A stretch of DNA of 63,635 nucleotides, filler included, from Licmophora abbreviata (Eukaryota): assembly GCA_900291995.1 (NCBI GenBank). It is 13 parts of 13 records of this genome, joined end to end, with 100 filler letters (N's around TTAATTAATTAA, not from the genome) between each part and the next. Parts side by side here need not be neighbours in the genome. Positions count along the whole stretch, not along the records: positions 10,460 to 13,060 come from OLMU01003690.1; positions 13,161 to 16,215 come from OLMU01003692.1; positions 16,316 to 19,100 come from OLMU01003693.1; positions 19,201 to 39,666 come from OLMU01003694.1; 9 more parts are not named here. One strand, written 5' to 3'. The notes under the pieces are model-generated. The model was given only the letters and a program-made list of their open reading frames with translations. It had not been told where the DNA came from and made no database searches. Shown here one piece after another: positions 12,543 through 23,662 of the stretch. Numbering within the stretch: the first letter of the stretch is position 1; each line of letters starts with the position of its first letter. A program made the position numbers and the translations under genes.

Positions 12543-13999
12543 CTAATAAATGCCTGGGTTCTCCTCGCTTCCTCTAAGTTTTCTGCGTCCACCTTTTCCT
12601 TTTCCACCTTTGCCTTTCGCATTGCCTGCGGACAATTTGGAGTGGCTCTTCGCCGAGCTCTGGTCCTTCCTTCCTTTACCGCCCTTGCCTTTGCTCGCAC
12701 CTCCTTTACCTCCCTTTCCTTCGCACTCGCCCGAGCTGCCCTTTCCTTTGCCATAGCAGGTTGGCGCACCTGGAGATCCGCCTGGAGACGGACCTGGATA
12801 TCCCCCGGGAGATGGACCTGGATATCCACCCTTAGATCCACCGGGCGATCCACCCGAAGACGGACCTGGATATCCACCTGGAGATGAACCTGGAGATCCA
12901 CCGGGCGACCCACCCGGAGAGGGGCCTGGAGATCCTCCTGGAGATGAACCTGGAGATCTACCCTTCGACCCACCGGGCGACCCACCCGGAGATGAACCTG
13001 GAGATCCACCCGGAGATGGACCTGGAGATCCACCCGGAGATGAACCTGGAGATCTACCCTNNNNNNNNNNNNNNNNNNNNNNNNNNNNNNNNNNNNNNNN
13101 NNNNTTAATTAATTAANNNNNNNNNNNNNNNNNNNNNNNNNNNNNNNNNNNNNNNNNNNNTCGGCGTGGGCGTTGTCGGCAACGATGCCCCAAAGGGTGC
13201 CACCGAGGGAGCGCCAATGGCGCACGTTGTAAACTGATTGTAGTAATACTCGGAGGTATCCGTGGCATTGCTATTCTGTATGACTGCCGTGATATCAAAT
13301 GTCAAATACTCAATGGGTTGATCGATCCTGAAATTGGCGACTGCCTTCATTTTGTCAGAAGGATCCGTGTGCGTCATGCCTCCCACGTTGGCGTCGCATA
13401 TTCCGAGTTCTTGAATATCCGTAGCACCTGCGGGTACAGTCATTAGACTAGAGGTATCACTCCCTGGTGGACCAGAGAGACGCCACAGGAAGCCTCGAAA
13501 AGCCGAGTCTGGATCGAGCATGACGAGAGACAGCTCATAATCGACACCGAGCTCGATGTAGTCAGTGCACTTATCCAAGTGCATACACTTATCGTCGATT
13601 CGAAATTCCATTCTAAAAGAGAGTGAGAAGGTGTGTGTCCGTAAGTGAGTAGTGATACGTGTGTGTGCACGTGTGCGAAATCCGTCGAGAAAGATAGTGG
13701 CACTTACAATCCACCAGCCAATGATCCAATCGTTGTGGTCTTGCGCTGTAGGTGCGATCCTCCCACTGCTGCACCGCTTCCATCCGATCGAAAGCCTGCA
13801 AGTAGAATAACGAACAAAATAGTCATGAGATCGACGAACGAGAACCACATACAATTGGATTACTGTTTTTCTTGTGGATGCACGCACCATTGCAACTTCC
13901 CGCTCCTGTGGGAAAGGCGATTACAGAACCACCCTGCTGATAGAGGGAGAGAAGCAGGGCCACCAGGGCACTCCGGGAAGCAACAACGAGACCGACCAT
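12543..13999 (-). CDS. Secreted Reeler-like domain protein with SPGG repeats and Lys/Gly tail (copy B); spans gap 13061-13160
   Basis: Exons 13999-13888, 13795-13708 and 13612-gap, with the same intron positions as copy A. Tail TCYGKGKG...KSHSKLSAG...GGRRKLRGSEENPGIY, stop at 12543. Confidence 0.8.
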
Positions 14000-14484
14000 G
14001 ATCAATTTATGTGCCAGGAGATATTCTAGTCTATGATAGTACGGGGTTTGTTTTCTCCTTTCAACAAAGTAACAAGGGTTTGTGTGAGCCGATGGTCACA
14101 AAACTTCAATCCGATCGGCGATCCGAAGTCAGTCGTGACCGGCGATGCTGTATCAATTATATATAGATCTGAGGTTCAAATATTTACTGACTCTGTAGTC
14201 GGAGTCACACTTGCTAACTAACATACATACAGCTTGGGAGACGGCTTACTCGTATCTGATGTGGCAATCATCTTCAGTCGTGTGTGTCCGCGAGGTCACA
14301 ACAAGCCAACACTTCAACCGCTGATGGACGGACGAGCGGAGCGACGTACCGACGGGACCACAACAGGTACGACCTTGACGCTCCCGTTTTCAATTTGGCC
14401 GTCTGCGTCTCCTCACCCTGTCATATAGTATTTGCTTGGAACTGTACCTCTTTCCTGGAAACCGCTTGGAGCAGCAGCAACACC

Positions 14485-15344
14485 ATGGCAGCCCCCGACG
14501 ACAGTAAGGTCCCTGACGATGCTCCGGAATTGGACTCGTTCGAAGAGCTCATGAAGGAGAGAGCCAGAGTACGTTTCCAAAATTGAGAATTTGAAACGTC
14601 AAAACCGCGGTACATCCTCGTCTACCTCTCGCTCATTCTGTTCCGTCCCCTTTCTATATCAATTTTTAGCTTCGCAAAGAACGAGAAGACCACAATGTTG
14701 CTGAATTGCGAGTTCGGATTCAAAAGCTCGAGAACGCGCTGGTGGCGGAGACCAAGAGACGCGTGGAGGCCACACACAAACTCAAAGAGACGGCGACGCG
14801 AGAAGTGCAGAAACTGCAAACGCACATGGATGCGCAAGTCGAATCGGAACAATCTCTCTTGAGTGCACGCTTCGATCATTTGGAAGAACAATTGAATGAT
14901 TTGGAGTCTCAGTTTGAACGAGATTCGGAAGGACATGTGAGTATGATTCGAGAGCGAGCTACCTCAACTGCCTCTGCCGTACAACGCCTCCAAGAGTCAT
15001 TTGAAACGGAGCGCAAGAATCGAATCCTGCGGGAGGGACAATTGCTCCAACAGCTGGAAACGCTCTCAACGCAACTCCAGTCCTCCTTTCAACGCGAACG
15101 TCACGATCGCATGGCAAGTCTCTCGCAACTCTCTACAGAAATGCAAACACAGCAGGAAACGCGCAACAAGAAGCATGTCGAGTGGCAGACGAGTATACAA
15201 CGGGAATTAGAAGAAGTTCAAGCCGAAATTGTCAAGGAGCGAGAAGAGCGAGAGTCGTCGGAAGAGAGCACCATATTGGCATTGAATCAATTTACGACAC
15301 AAGTGCAAGCGAGCTTGAGTATTCTGAACGGAGATGAGCTGTAA
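14485..15344 (+). CDS. SF-assemblin/beta-giardin-like coiled-coil protein; exons 14485-14568, 14670-15344
   Basis: All-helical coiled coil with LVAETKRRVEA and C-terminal EREERE..E..I.ALNQFT..VQASL. The phase-0 intron restores the frame. Confidence 0.72.
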
Positions 15345-15514
15345 GAGATTTCTTATCATTCGATGAAACGAGATTCCACTCCTCTATGCAAGAGAAGAGT
15401 TTATAGCCGCGTTACTTGCACTATCGTGGCTGGGAATAATGAAGAGAAGAAGAGCACCCGTGCTTGTACCTTGGCACCTCATGCGTACAAGAAGACTCGT
15501 ATTCGACGTGTTCA

Positions 15515-16048
15515 TCATAATTTCTCAGTACCATCGTCATCGGATCTACTCCACGGCCACTCGACGCCCACTCGCCCTCGCAAATCATCCGGATCGTGAG
15601 TTTCCATCCACGAGTCGCCCGCCAAGGCATCGTCCGGTGACTTCTGTGTAGCAGTTTCAACACTTTCTTTGCCACCTCCATTCGTAGTACCTCCACCACC
15701 ACTACTACTGCTGCCAGTATAGCCCACCATGCTCTGCAGCTGTTTCAATTGCCGCGCCCCATTCGTGACTGCCATTTGAATACTCAAGCGATCTTCCAGA
15801 GACTGCTGCTGTCGAAACTCCCGCACCACTTGCCGATAGAGAGTCCCGTAGTCGGTAGTCTCTCGTATGACACGAAGGGTCCTTAAATAGTCTCGATACT
15901 GACTTTTGACGCTCTGGCGATGCATGAACTCTCGCAGGGACGGAATTTCGTCACCAGCACGTTTGTTGAAAGGATCTTTGGACGTACGACGCAGCATGCG
16001 TCCTGCCGTACGAGCGACGGCAACGACCGGACGTCGCGACGAAGGCAT
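15515..16048 (-). CDS. LYR-motif mitochondrial protein (LYRM2-like)
   Basis: Basic N-terminal presequence and SLREFMHRQSVKSQYRDYLR...VREFR...IQMAVTNGARQLKQL, matching the LYRM2 pattern. Confidence 0.75.
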   Translation of the reverse strand: MPSSRRPVVAVARTAGRMLRRTSKDPFNKRAGDEIPSLREFMHRQSVKSQYRDYLRTLRVIRETTDYGTLYRQVVREFRQQQSLEDRLSIQMAVTNGARQLKQLQSMVGYTGSSSSGGGGTTNGGGKESVETATQKSPDDALAGDSWMETHDPDDLRGRVGVEWPWSRSDDDGTEKL

Positions 16049-16744
16049 TCTATATAATAATGAGTCAGCCGATTCTTGATCTCTTCTCTCTAGTCTCTAC
16101 ACTTTCATATGATCCACTTAAGTAGTGCTAGGACTCTCAGAGACTCTACGAGTGAGCGAGGTACAGTAAATGTATCTGGACACAGTCCCTCGCTGATGTG
16201 TGTGTGTGTTACAGTNNNNNNNNNNNNNNNNNNNNNNNNNNNNNNNNNNNNNNNNNNNNTTAATTAATTAANNNNNNNNNNNNNNNNNNNNNNNNNNNNN
16301 NNNNNNNNNNNNNNNAACACGCGATTTGGTGTGGGGAGCGGACGACGGAGCGACTGATGAATCTCCGCGGACAAAAGCGAGCCGGGCGACGCGACTTGTT
16401 ATTCAAGTTAAGTTTGGCGCGCTGCGTTCACAAGAAAACGCGATGTGTGCTGAGAGAGCTTCACCTGTTTTATTATTGAGTTCAGATTCCATCCAAACAT
16501 ACTCTAGCATACGCACTATACGAGCTTCCAACAGAAGAAAGATGCTCCTGATTCACGACTTATCGACATGAGGATCGCGCACGTGATTGCAGGCTTATCA
16601 TTCTGAAATAACGCGTCGCACACCCTCGACCACATGTCGCGCTTCTTACTTTGGGAGATGACAGTCGATCATGAGAAAAGGGTCTACAAAATCACTCTCC
16701 CACCACACCGCTTCCATCGAAAAGTAGTTGTCTTTGTCAAAATC

Positions 16745-17422
16745 ATGATGACGATTCTCATCAAGCTCCTCACCTCCATGTTCACCGTCCTAGTACTCTT
16801 GACCGAATCGCCGGTTCAGGCTGTTTGCTGCATTGAAAGTGGTTCTAGCCGTCCTGTCGGTACCACTACTCCTCTTTGCCCATTTGAGGACGGTATCCCT
16901 GCGGCTCGAAACCTTCGATCTTGTACGGGCACTGGACAGTGCTCCCCCATGGACGCGTACAACAACCCTACCGTTGGGGACATCTCTCCTGGTTTTGCAA
17001 TCGGGAAAGGAACGGAATACGAGTTTTTGTGTTGTTCAACCCCCATCCCCCTTGGCGGTCCCGGACTTTTACCTGTCGAGGCTTGTCCCGAAATCTTTGA
17101 TGTCCAGCTTTTCAGCTTTTACGAGAATGATTTTAGTGGCGAACTTGGGTTCGACATGTTCATCTTCAACCCATCTACTACTGAGCCGGCTGTTGTTACG
17201 GGATTTGTGGAGGGCGTCGATTTCTCGAGTCTCGGATCAGCACCATCATCTGGGTGCGACCTTCCAAAGACAATTGCTCCTGGAGAATATCACTTTTGCA
17301 CGTTTTATAGGACTGACGTTGATTTTGGCCCGAAGTTTGCCGTTCGTGTTTTTGGAACAGTCGGCGCGGGAGCAACTCCTACTCGTGGAGGAAGTCAGAT
17401 AACCGTAGATATACGCAACTAA
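16745..17422 (+). CDS. Small secreted Cys-rich protein with a probable beta-sandwich C-terminal domain
   Basis: Signal peptide ending VQA, Cys-rich N-half (CC, C, C, C, CC) and C-terminal CDLPKTIAPGEYHFCTF. Confidence 0.6.
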   Translation: MMTILIKLLTSMFTVLVLLTESPVQAVCCIESGSSRPVGTTTPLCPFEDGIPAARNLRSCTGTGQCSPMDAYNNPTVGDISPGFAIGKGTEYEFLCCSTPIPLGGPGLLPVEACPEIFDVQLFSFYENDFSGELGFDMFIFNPSTTEPAVVTGFVEGVDFSSLGSAPSSGCDLPKTIAPGEYHFCTFYRTDVDFGPKFAVRVFGTVGAGATPTRGGSQITVDIRN

Positions 17423-17619
17423 ATGGAGGTTGATGCATGCGTCCATGCTAACTATCCTACTTCTAGGGCTATTGGTACCAAGAAGGAAAGGATGCACGCA
17501 CCAGTGGAGAAGAAGCAAGATTCTGTCTTGGCTGGTGGCTGGCACTGAGGAGTGAAGGTGCATGACTGTTCTTGAACAATTGTCCCAGACGACAGTCACA
17601 TTGCCACCAAAGTTCCTCG

Positions 17620-18505
17620 ATAAACAGTAAAAGTATCAGGTCCACAGCCTCTCGCGGTGCTCACATCCCATTTCATCGAAGCATCATCCAAACAATCTAC
17701 GAACCGATCACAGATCCCCCCCCTACGCCGTATGATACCGTGGTATTAATGGCTGCGAACGGATGACGGAGCGACTGGAATCAATCCCGGCGGACAGGCG
17801 CGCGCGCCCGGCGGCGACTTTTTCGTTTCCTGTGTGCGTTTGGCGCGCCATGATGTGCGATGTGAAGATGAGAATGAGTTGCTGCTTTGATCGATTGAAA
17901 ACGCGATGTGTGCTTGAGAGCTTCCGACTCCACCCACACGTCTGAGATATTCGAGAATGCACACTATAGGAAGTTACAAAAGATGACAGTTGCTCTTGAT
18001 TCAGCAATTAACGAAAGACAAAACTATGATCGCGCAAGCATCACGCACCACATGGAACTTGACTCCAGGCTTATTTTCATCAATCACGCGTCTTACGTAC
18101 TTCAACACATGTCGCGCTTTATTTCTGAGATGGAAGTCGCTCTCTTCCAGTACCGCAACGTTCTAGTATCTCACTGTCCCACCACACGGCTTCACTTGAT
18201 TGCAACGACCGGACGTCGCGACGAAGGCATTCTATATATGAGTCAGTCGTCCGCGATTGATCTCTTCTCTCTAGAGTAGAGGATAGACTTGCTCGTCGTC
18301 TCTACACTTTCATATGATCCACAAAAGTGGTACTAGGACTCTAAGAGACTCTATGTAAGGTGCAGTAAATGTATCAGAGGTCCACAGTCCCTCTATGCAC
18401 ACAGCCCATTTCATCGAGCAAGCATCATCGAAACGATTTACGAACCGAGCGGATGACGGAGCGACTGAATCGCGGTGGACAACAGCGCACCGGGCGACGC
18501 GACGA
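17620..18505 (+). repeat. Diverged tandem copies of the 16020-16715 intergenic region
   Basis: 17897-18195 matches about 16435-16715, and 18201-18393 matches about 16020-16190. GA(C/T)GACGGAGCGACTG recurs at about 16341, 17762 and 18452. Confidence 0.75.
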
Positions 18506-19323
18506 CGAGAGAGCCGTGCCTGCAGGCTAGACTCAGAACCCTCGTTCTCACTTGCCCCTCCAGCAACGATCGTTGACCATGGCCGTAAGACGAATATCTG
18601 TCTACCCGCCCATGGATCTCTTTCAGCATTCCCACCACATCCCACCCTTGTGAGCTCTAGCCAGCTTTCGCGGCTTTGTCGTAGCTTGACCCTCTTGAGT
18701 CCCGGATCGCTCCGGTCACTCATGCCATCTGCACTACTCTAGCTCTCGCTCCAGTTGTTGTAAGCCACACGAGTCTCGTATGCGCTATTCCACAGTTATC
18801 TCACTCGTGTCGCCCCACGCACGTGGAGCTCGTGACAGCCTAAGTAGGCGTGTCCAGATCAACTACGATAGATCCCTAGTCACCAGAAGTTCTGCCAAAC
18901 CGAGGCAGCGCCAGGGTGCACAGACGGACGACAAAAAAAGATCCGCGCCGCGGTCAGATCTATCCTGCCACCATAAAGCCGCCATAAAATTGGAAAGCCT
19001 GTTTCCATCAGGAAAAGAAACTGCACCATCGCATCACCGCATCACCGCATCGTCACTACAAAATCCACCATGCTGGACCGCCTTCTCATCTACATCCTCC
19101 NNNNNNNNNNNNNNNNNNNNNNNNNNNNNNNNNNNNNNNNNNNNTTAATTAATTAANNNNNNNNNNNNNNNNNNNNNNNNNNNNNNNNNNNNNNNNNNNN
19201 GACGACAAAAAAAAGATCCGCGCCGCGGTCAGATCTATCCTGCCACCATAAAATTGGAAAGCCTGTTTCCATCAGGAAAGAACTGCACCATCGCATCACC
19301 GCATCGTCACTACAAAATCCACC

Positions 19324-20226
19324 ATGCTGGACCGCCTTCTCATCTACATCCTCCGACCCGTGTACCGACTCATGTCCCACATGGGCTGGAAGAACGTCGA
19401 GCTCCCAACAGACGTGACGGTCAAGGACATGGACATTCCCCTCGAGGGCCGAGTCCTTCCAGCCAAGATCTTTACGCCTTCCAATACAGAACAAGCCAAG
19501 AAGAACCCTCTCCTCGTCTACTTTCACGGCGGGGGCATGGCGTGTGGGGGGATCGAGTCCACGCACTACAATTGCGTCCTCGTCTATGCCTCCACCCTGC
19601 AGTGTACTGTGATTGGCGTCAACTATCGACTTGCCCCGGAATTCAAAGCTCCCTGCGGCGTCGATGACTGTATCGATTCCACAAAGTATATCATGAAGCG
19701 CATCGACACCTTTGCGTCCAACGGCAAGGTCGTCGTAGGTGGCGACAGCGCCGGTGGACTGACTTCAATCGCCACCGGCTGCGCCGTTCCCAATCTATCG
19801 GCAGCGATTCTATTCTACCCCAACACGTGTTACGACAATGGCGCCTTCGAATCCTGGAAGACGAATGCGAAAGGACATGCTCTCACTGCCGACGTGATGA
19901 ATATATTCTTGCGAAATCATCTCGGCATGTCGGCCAAGGAATTCGATGAAACGAGCGATCCAGAGTTGGTGAGCAAAGTCTTTCCACTCAAGACGCCCGA
20001 CAGCGCCATCCAGGCCAACATGCCCAAGACGTTCTTGGTCACGACCGAATACGACCTTCTCAAGGATGAACAGTTTGCGCTGAAGGAAAAGTTTGATACG
20101 TTGGGAGTCACATGTGAGCACCATCACTACGAGGCGACGGAGCATGGATTCATGTGCACGGAGGGCAGGAACGATAACTTTGAGGATGGTTTGGCAAAGC
20201 TGGGAGAGTGGTACAAGACGCTCTAA
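19324..20226 (+). CDS. Hormone-sensitive-lipase family alpha/beta hydrolase (carboxylesterase)
   Basis: YFHGGG, VNYRLAPE, GDSAGG nucleophile, YDLLKDE and HGF motifs. Intronless. Confidence 0.92.
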   Translation: MLDRLLIYILRPVYRLMSHMGWKNVELPTDVTVKDMDIPLEGRVLPAKIFTPSNTEQAKKNPLLVYFHGGGMACGGIESTHYNCVLVYASTLQCTVIGVNYRLAPEFKAPCGVDDCIDSTKYIMKRIDTFASNGKVVVGGDSAGGLTSIATGCAVPNLSAAILFYPNTCYDNGAFESWKTNAKGHALTADVMNIFLRNHLGMSAKEFDETSDPELVSKVFPLKTPDSAIQANMPKTFLVTTEYDLLKDEQFALKEKFDTLGVTCEHHHYEATEHGFMCTEGRNDNFEDGLAKLGEWYKTL

Positions 20227-20658
20227 AAAATTGAATCTGTGTATATGCTATAGTAATTGTAACAAGAAAATCGTCAAATATATGATATGTAAAAAATAGT
20301 TGACTACCAGGGTAACTCGATTGTAGATACACGTTCGCAACAAGAAGCGACGACATAGGAAATTGCCAGTAGAGCATTATCAGCCGTCAAATAGTCGTCG
20401 CATCATTCCTGTCTGACGACGGAGATCGAATGGTATCCCTAGGCTGCTCGAACGAGCACGTCGCAAGCAGGCTGGTCTATTGGTCGATAATGCCTGTTTG
20501 TAGAGAGTGGTTTTATTCGAGTGTGCAGTGTTGATAATGAGACTGATTGCTAATAGCATGCCATGCACTCGGGACTCGACTCGGGACAGACTCGCTACGT
20601 TGACTTACTCGACTCACATGATTCGCTCGAGAAAACATAAGTTTGCGTCGACTGGACC

Positions 20659-21719
20659 ATGATGGTGACCCCACCGGCCCCACCGCCACTGTCTCCGTAT
20701 GGGACCTTGGAGGGATGCTCTCTATTCCAATACCATTCTAATTTGGTAGCCGTGGAATCTGCCTTGGGCAGTAGCTCTACTTCTGCCACTGCCATCTCTG
20801 CCGATAAGAAGTGCATTTTGTTGGGCGGACTGTCCGATGGCCTGCTGCCGACGCCGTATGCAGAGGCCCTCAATACTGTCTGTGCGGAAGAACTTGAGGA
20901 CTGGACTTTCGTGCAGCCTCTGATTTCGAGCAGCTACCTTGGATTCGGATCGGGGACGCTCGAGCGTGACACTGCCGAACTCGACGCACTCCTAGACTAC
21001 CTCACGCACCATCGTGGGGGGACATGCTACGCGCTCGTTGGACACTCGACGGGATGCCAGAACAGTATTCACTACTTGAAAGTAAGAAGCCTTATGCCAT
21101 ATGGAGGTTAAGATTCAAGCTGTGTGCGTACGAAGACTCATGACTTATGTGTGTGCCTTTGTTTCGTCCTACAGCACGGCCGTCCGGATCTTGTAGAGCG
21201 CATCACCGCGGTAGTTTTGCAAGCACCCGTCAGCGACCGCGAACACCTCATGATGGAAGCAAACTACGACGAGAATCTTACGCATGCTCGGTCACTGATA
21301 GAAGCAGGTGCTCCAACCGAAATGATGCCCCGCTCCGCCTTTTGGGCTCCCGTTACGGCACAGCGCTATCACGACCTTGCCAGCAGACTTGGCGCCGATG
21401 ATTTCTTTTCATCCGACATGAGTGAGGCTGAAAGGAAGGAACGACTGCAACATGTCAGTGAGCTTCCCTCATTGCAACATGTCTCGTGGCCTTTTCAGGA
21501 AGCGACGAGTTTGTACCCGAACGCGTCGACACGCGGCAGCTCACGGACAGATTGTGTGCCGCCATGAATAGCCACCAAAGTGGCGACGACGAGGTGGCGA
21601 TTCCACTCTATTTGCCAAACTCCAATCATAACTTGTCGAGTGACAAGGAGGAGCAACAAGAGTTTGTCCGCAAGGTGGCAAAAGTGCTTCAATCTGTCGT
21701 GTCGAAACACGAGAGTTAG
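20659..21719 (+). CDS. DUF1749-type alpha/beta hydrolase; intron 21082-21174, one base missing near 21486
   Basis: LGGLSDGLLPTPY, SSYLGFG, GHSTGCQ, LQAPVSDRE, DDFFSSD, then VAFSGSDEFVP and NSNHNL in the shifted frame. Confidence 0.82.
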
Positions 21720-21871
21720 AGTGAGTCGTCTATACGCTTGAAGTATAATATGGTTGCAGTTCTGCATCGAACAATCCGTACAATTCGTGTCTTTACTTTA
21801 AAAAAAATAGTCCCACCACTATTGAGACAAGTACAAGTGTACATTGTAGACCCCCAGGGCAAAGACGTACG

Positions 21872-22903
21872 TCATGAGTCCATACTAGCCAACCCCATGG
21901 ACTCCTTTGGCGATGAGGGAGTCGTATTCGTGGCCCCTCGCGAGCGTTTCTCCGGACTACTACTTCCCTCGTCCTTGGTTGTCTCTCCATCCGTAGTTGT
22001 CGCAAAGAACCAAGACAACGCCCCTCGTCTCTTCCTCTCGCTGCTTCTTGTTTTGCTCTTGCTTTCCTTCTCCTTCATTGCCGTCGAGGCCTGCCTGTAG
22101 TATTCCTTTTCACTGTACTTTTTCACCCACCCGGTTGCATCCGTCAATGCCTTGTTGCACATGAAATTGACGACAAACTGCGGCACCCAGTCAAACATAC
22201 TCACTTGCACACTGTAGTAGACACGCGTCTTGTTGTCAGGATCTTCCGGATGCGGTATAACATACCAATATCCACACGAATCGTCCAGATCACTCCTTTT
22301 GCTGTAATCCAGTGTCCATGTGAGTGAATTTAGTCTCGGTTGGTACTCGTGTTGGATATAAAAGTTCAGTTTGAGCATGGGAAATCCGACTGTCATTTTC
22401 GTAAAGATGGTTTGAGCTCGATGTCTCTTGTGATGTTGGACTTTGTAATTCTTTGAATAAGTCGTCTTGGGAACCATGTCGGCGTAATGGTTGTAGTCGA
22501 GGATGCGATCCCAAACGACCTTGGTCGGCGCGGCCACGTCCTGGACGACCAAGCCGCGACCCGAGGAGCCGTCGGGGGACAAAATTTGTGTCTGATAGGG
22601 CTTGTCGTTTCGTAGAATTGTGAGGGCCTTCTTGTCCAATTTGACCTTTGGATCTCCCGCTACGAAAGGAGTCACTTTGCCCTGATGTGGATGCGACTCG
22701 GCCTGCACTTGACTTAGCGACGACGATGACGACTGGGAGTAGAGGAGTGTCATGAGGAACAAAGCGAAAGACAGTCGACGATTGAAAGAAGACCCGTCGT
22801 TCCTGTTACGGCCCTGCCTTTGGTACAGCGACGACATGTCAGAACGAGAAGAACAAGGTCGGTCCATCGCATGCGTCGAGGAATGTGACAAACCAAACAC
22901 CAA
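21872..22903 (-). CDS. START/SRPBCC (polyketide cyclase/Coq10-like) domain protein
   Basis: VAAPTKVVWDRILDYNHYADMVP, LTWTLDY..SDLDDSCGYW and TRVYY, preceded by a hydrophobic signal-like segment. Confidence 0.75.
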   Translation of the reverse strand: MVFGLSHSSTHAMDRPCSSRSDMSSLYQRQGRNRNDGSSFNRRLSFALFLMTLLYSQSSSSSLSQVQAESHPHQGKVTPFVAGDPKVKLDKKALTILRNDKPYQTQILSPDGSSGRGLVVQDVAAPTKVVWDRILDYNHYADMVPKTTYSKNYKVQHHKRHRAQTIFTKMTVGFPMLKLNFYIQHEYQPRLNSLTWTLDYSKRSDLDDSCGYWYVIPHPEDPDNKTRVYYSVQVSMFDWVPQFVVNFMCNKALTDATGWVKKYSEKEYYRQASTAMKEKESKSKTRSSERKRRGALSWFFATTTDGETTKDEGSSSPEKRSRGATNTTPSSPKESMGLASMDS

Positions 22904-23228
22904 ACATACGCTGAAATCTGAAATCTTGAAATCTTTTGTTTTGACGGGAGAGACTGTGACGTTTCAAATTCCAAACATGTCTGTCGCATACGACATTGTG
23001 TGTGTACACAATAAGGATGCCATCTCATTCATAGCTCAGAGCCTATTCATTCGCAATGAGCCCACAAGATGCGAACGTCCTCCACGCGTCACTGCAGATG
23101 AATTCAATACATCAATCACACTTTTGTATACTTGACGTCTTGAGTCTTGAGCTGCGAGGAAGACAGTCTGTTCCTCGACGACAGAACTCTCACAGTCTCT
23201 GTTTCCCTATCTTGCATCACCAAGTACT

Positions 23229-23621
23229 ATGAACTTTCGAAACGTGACCCTGATACTGTGTCTTGCAATGAACGGAAGGTGGACCAGCGGCGGAAGACTC
23301 TTGGCGATGATACCATCGTCAGCTCGACAGCAGAATCCTTGTTACACGGCCGCTGCGGCCGCCTTTGCGGCCAGCAGTAGTAGTGGTAGTAGGACGACAC
23401 ACCGTCGTCCCAAATGGGGCAGTACCACTACCTCTACTACCACTCGCAGATTTCTTACAGAGCAAAGAAACATGGCAGGACTACCATCCACTTCCCAACA
23501 GCAGCAGCAACAACAACAACAACAACAACAACAACCCACACTATTGCAACGAGTGAAACGAGGAGGTTCGTCGTCGTCGGCGTCGTCCTCTTCTTCTGCA
23601 CTGTCAGCGAGTCGCAGTGAC

Positions 23622-23662
<41 letters not shown>

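Noticed and set aside
18927..19354. Direct repeat of the esterase 5' end on both sides of a gap
   Set aside because: Both copies abut the gap and differ only by small indels; most likely overlapping contig ends or alleles, not a second gene.
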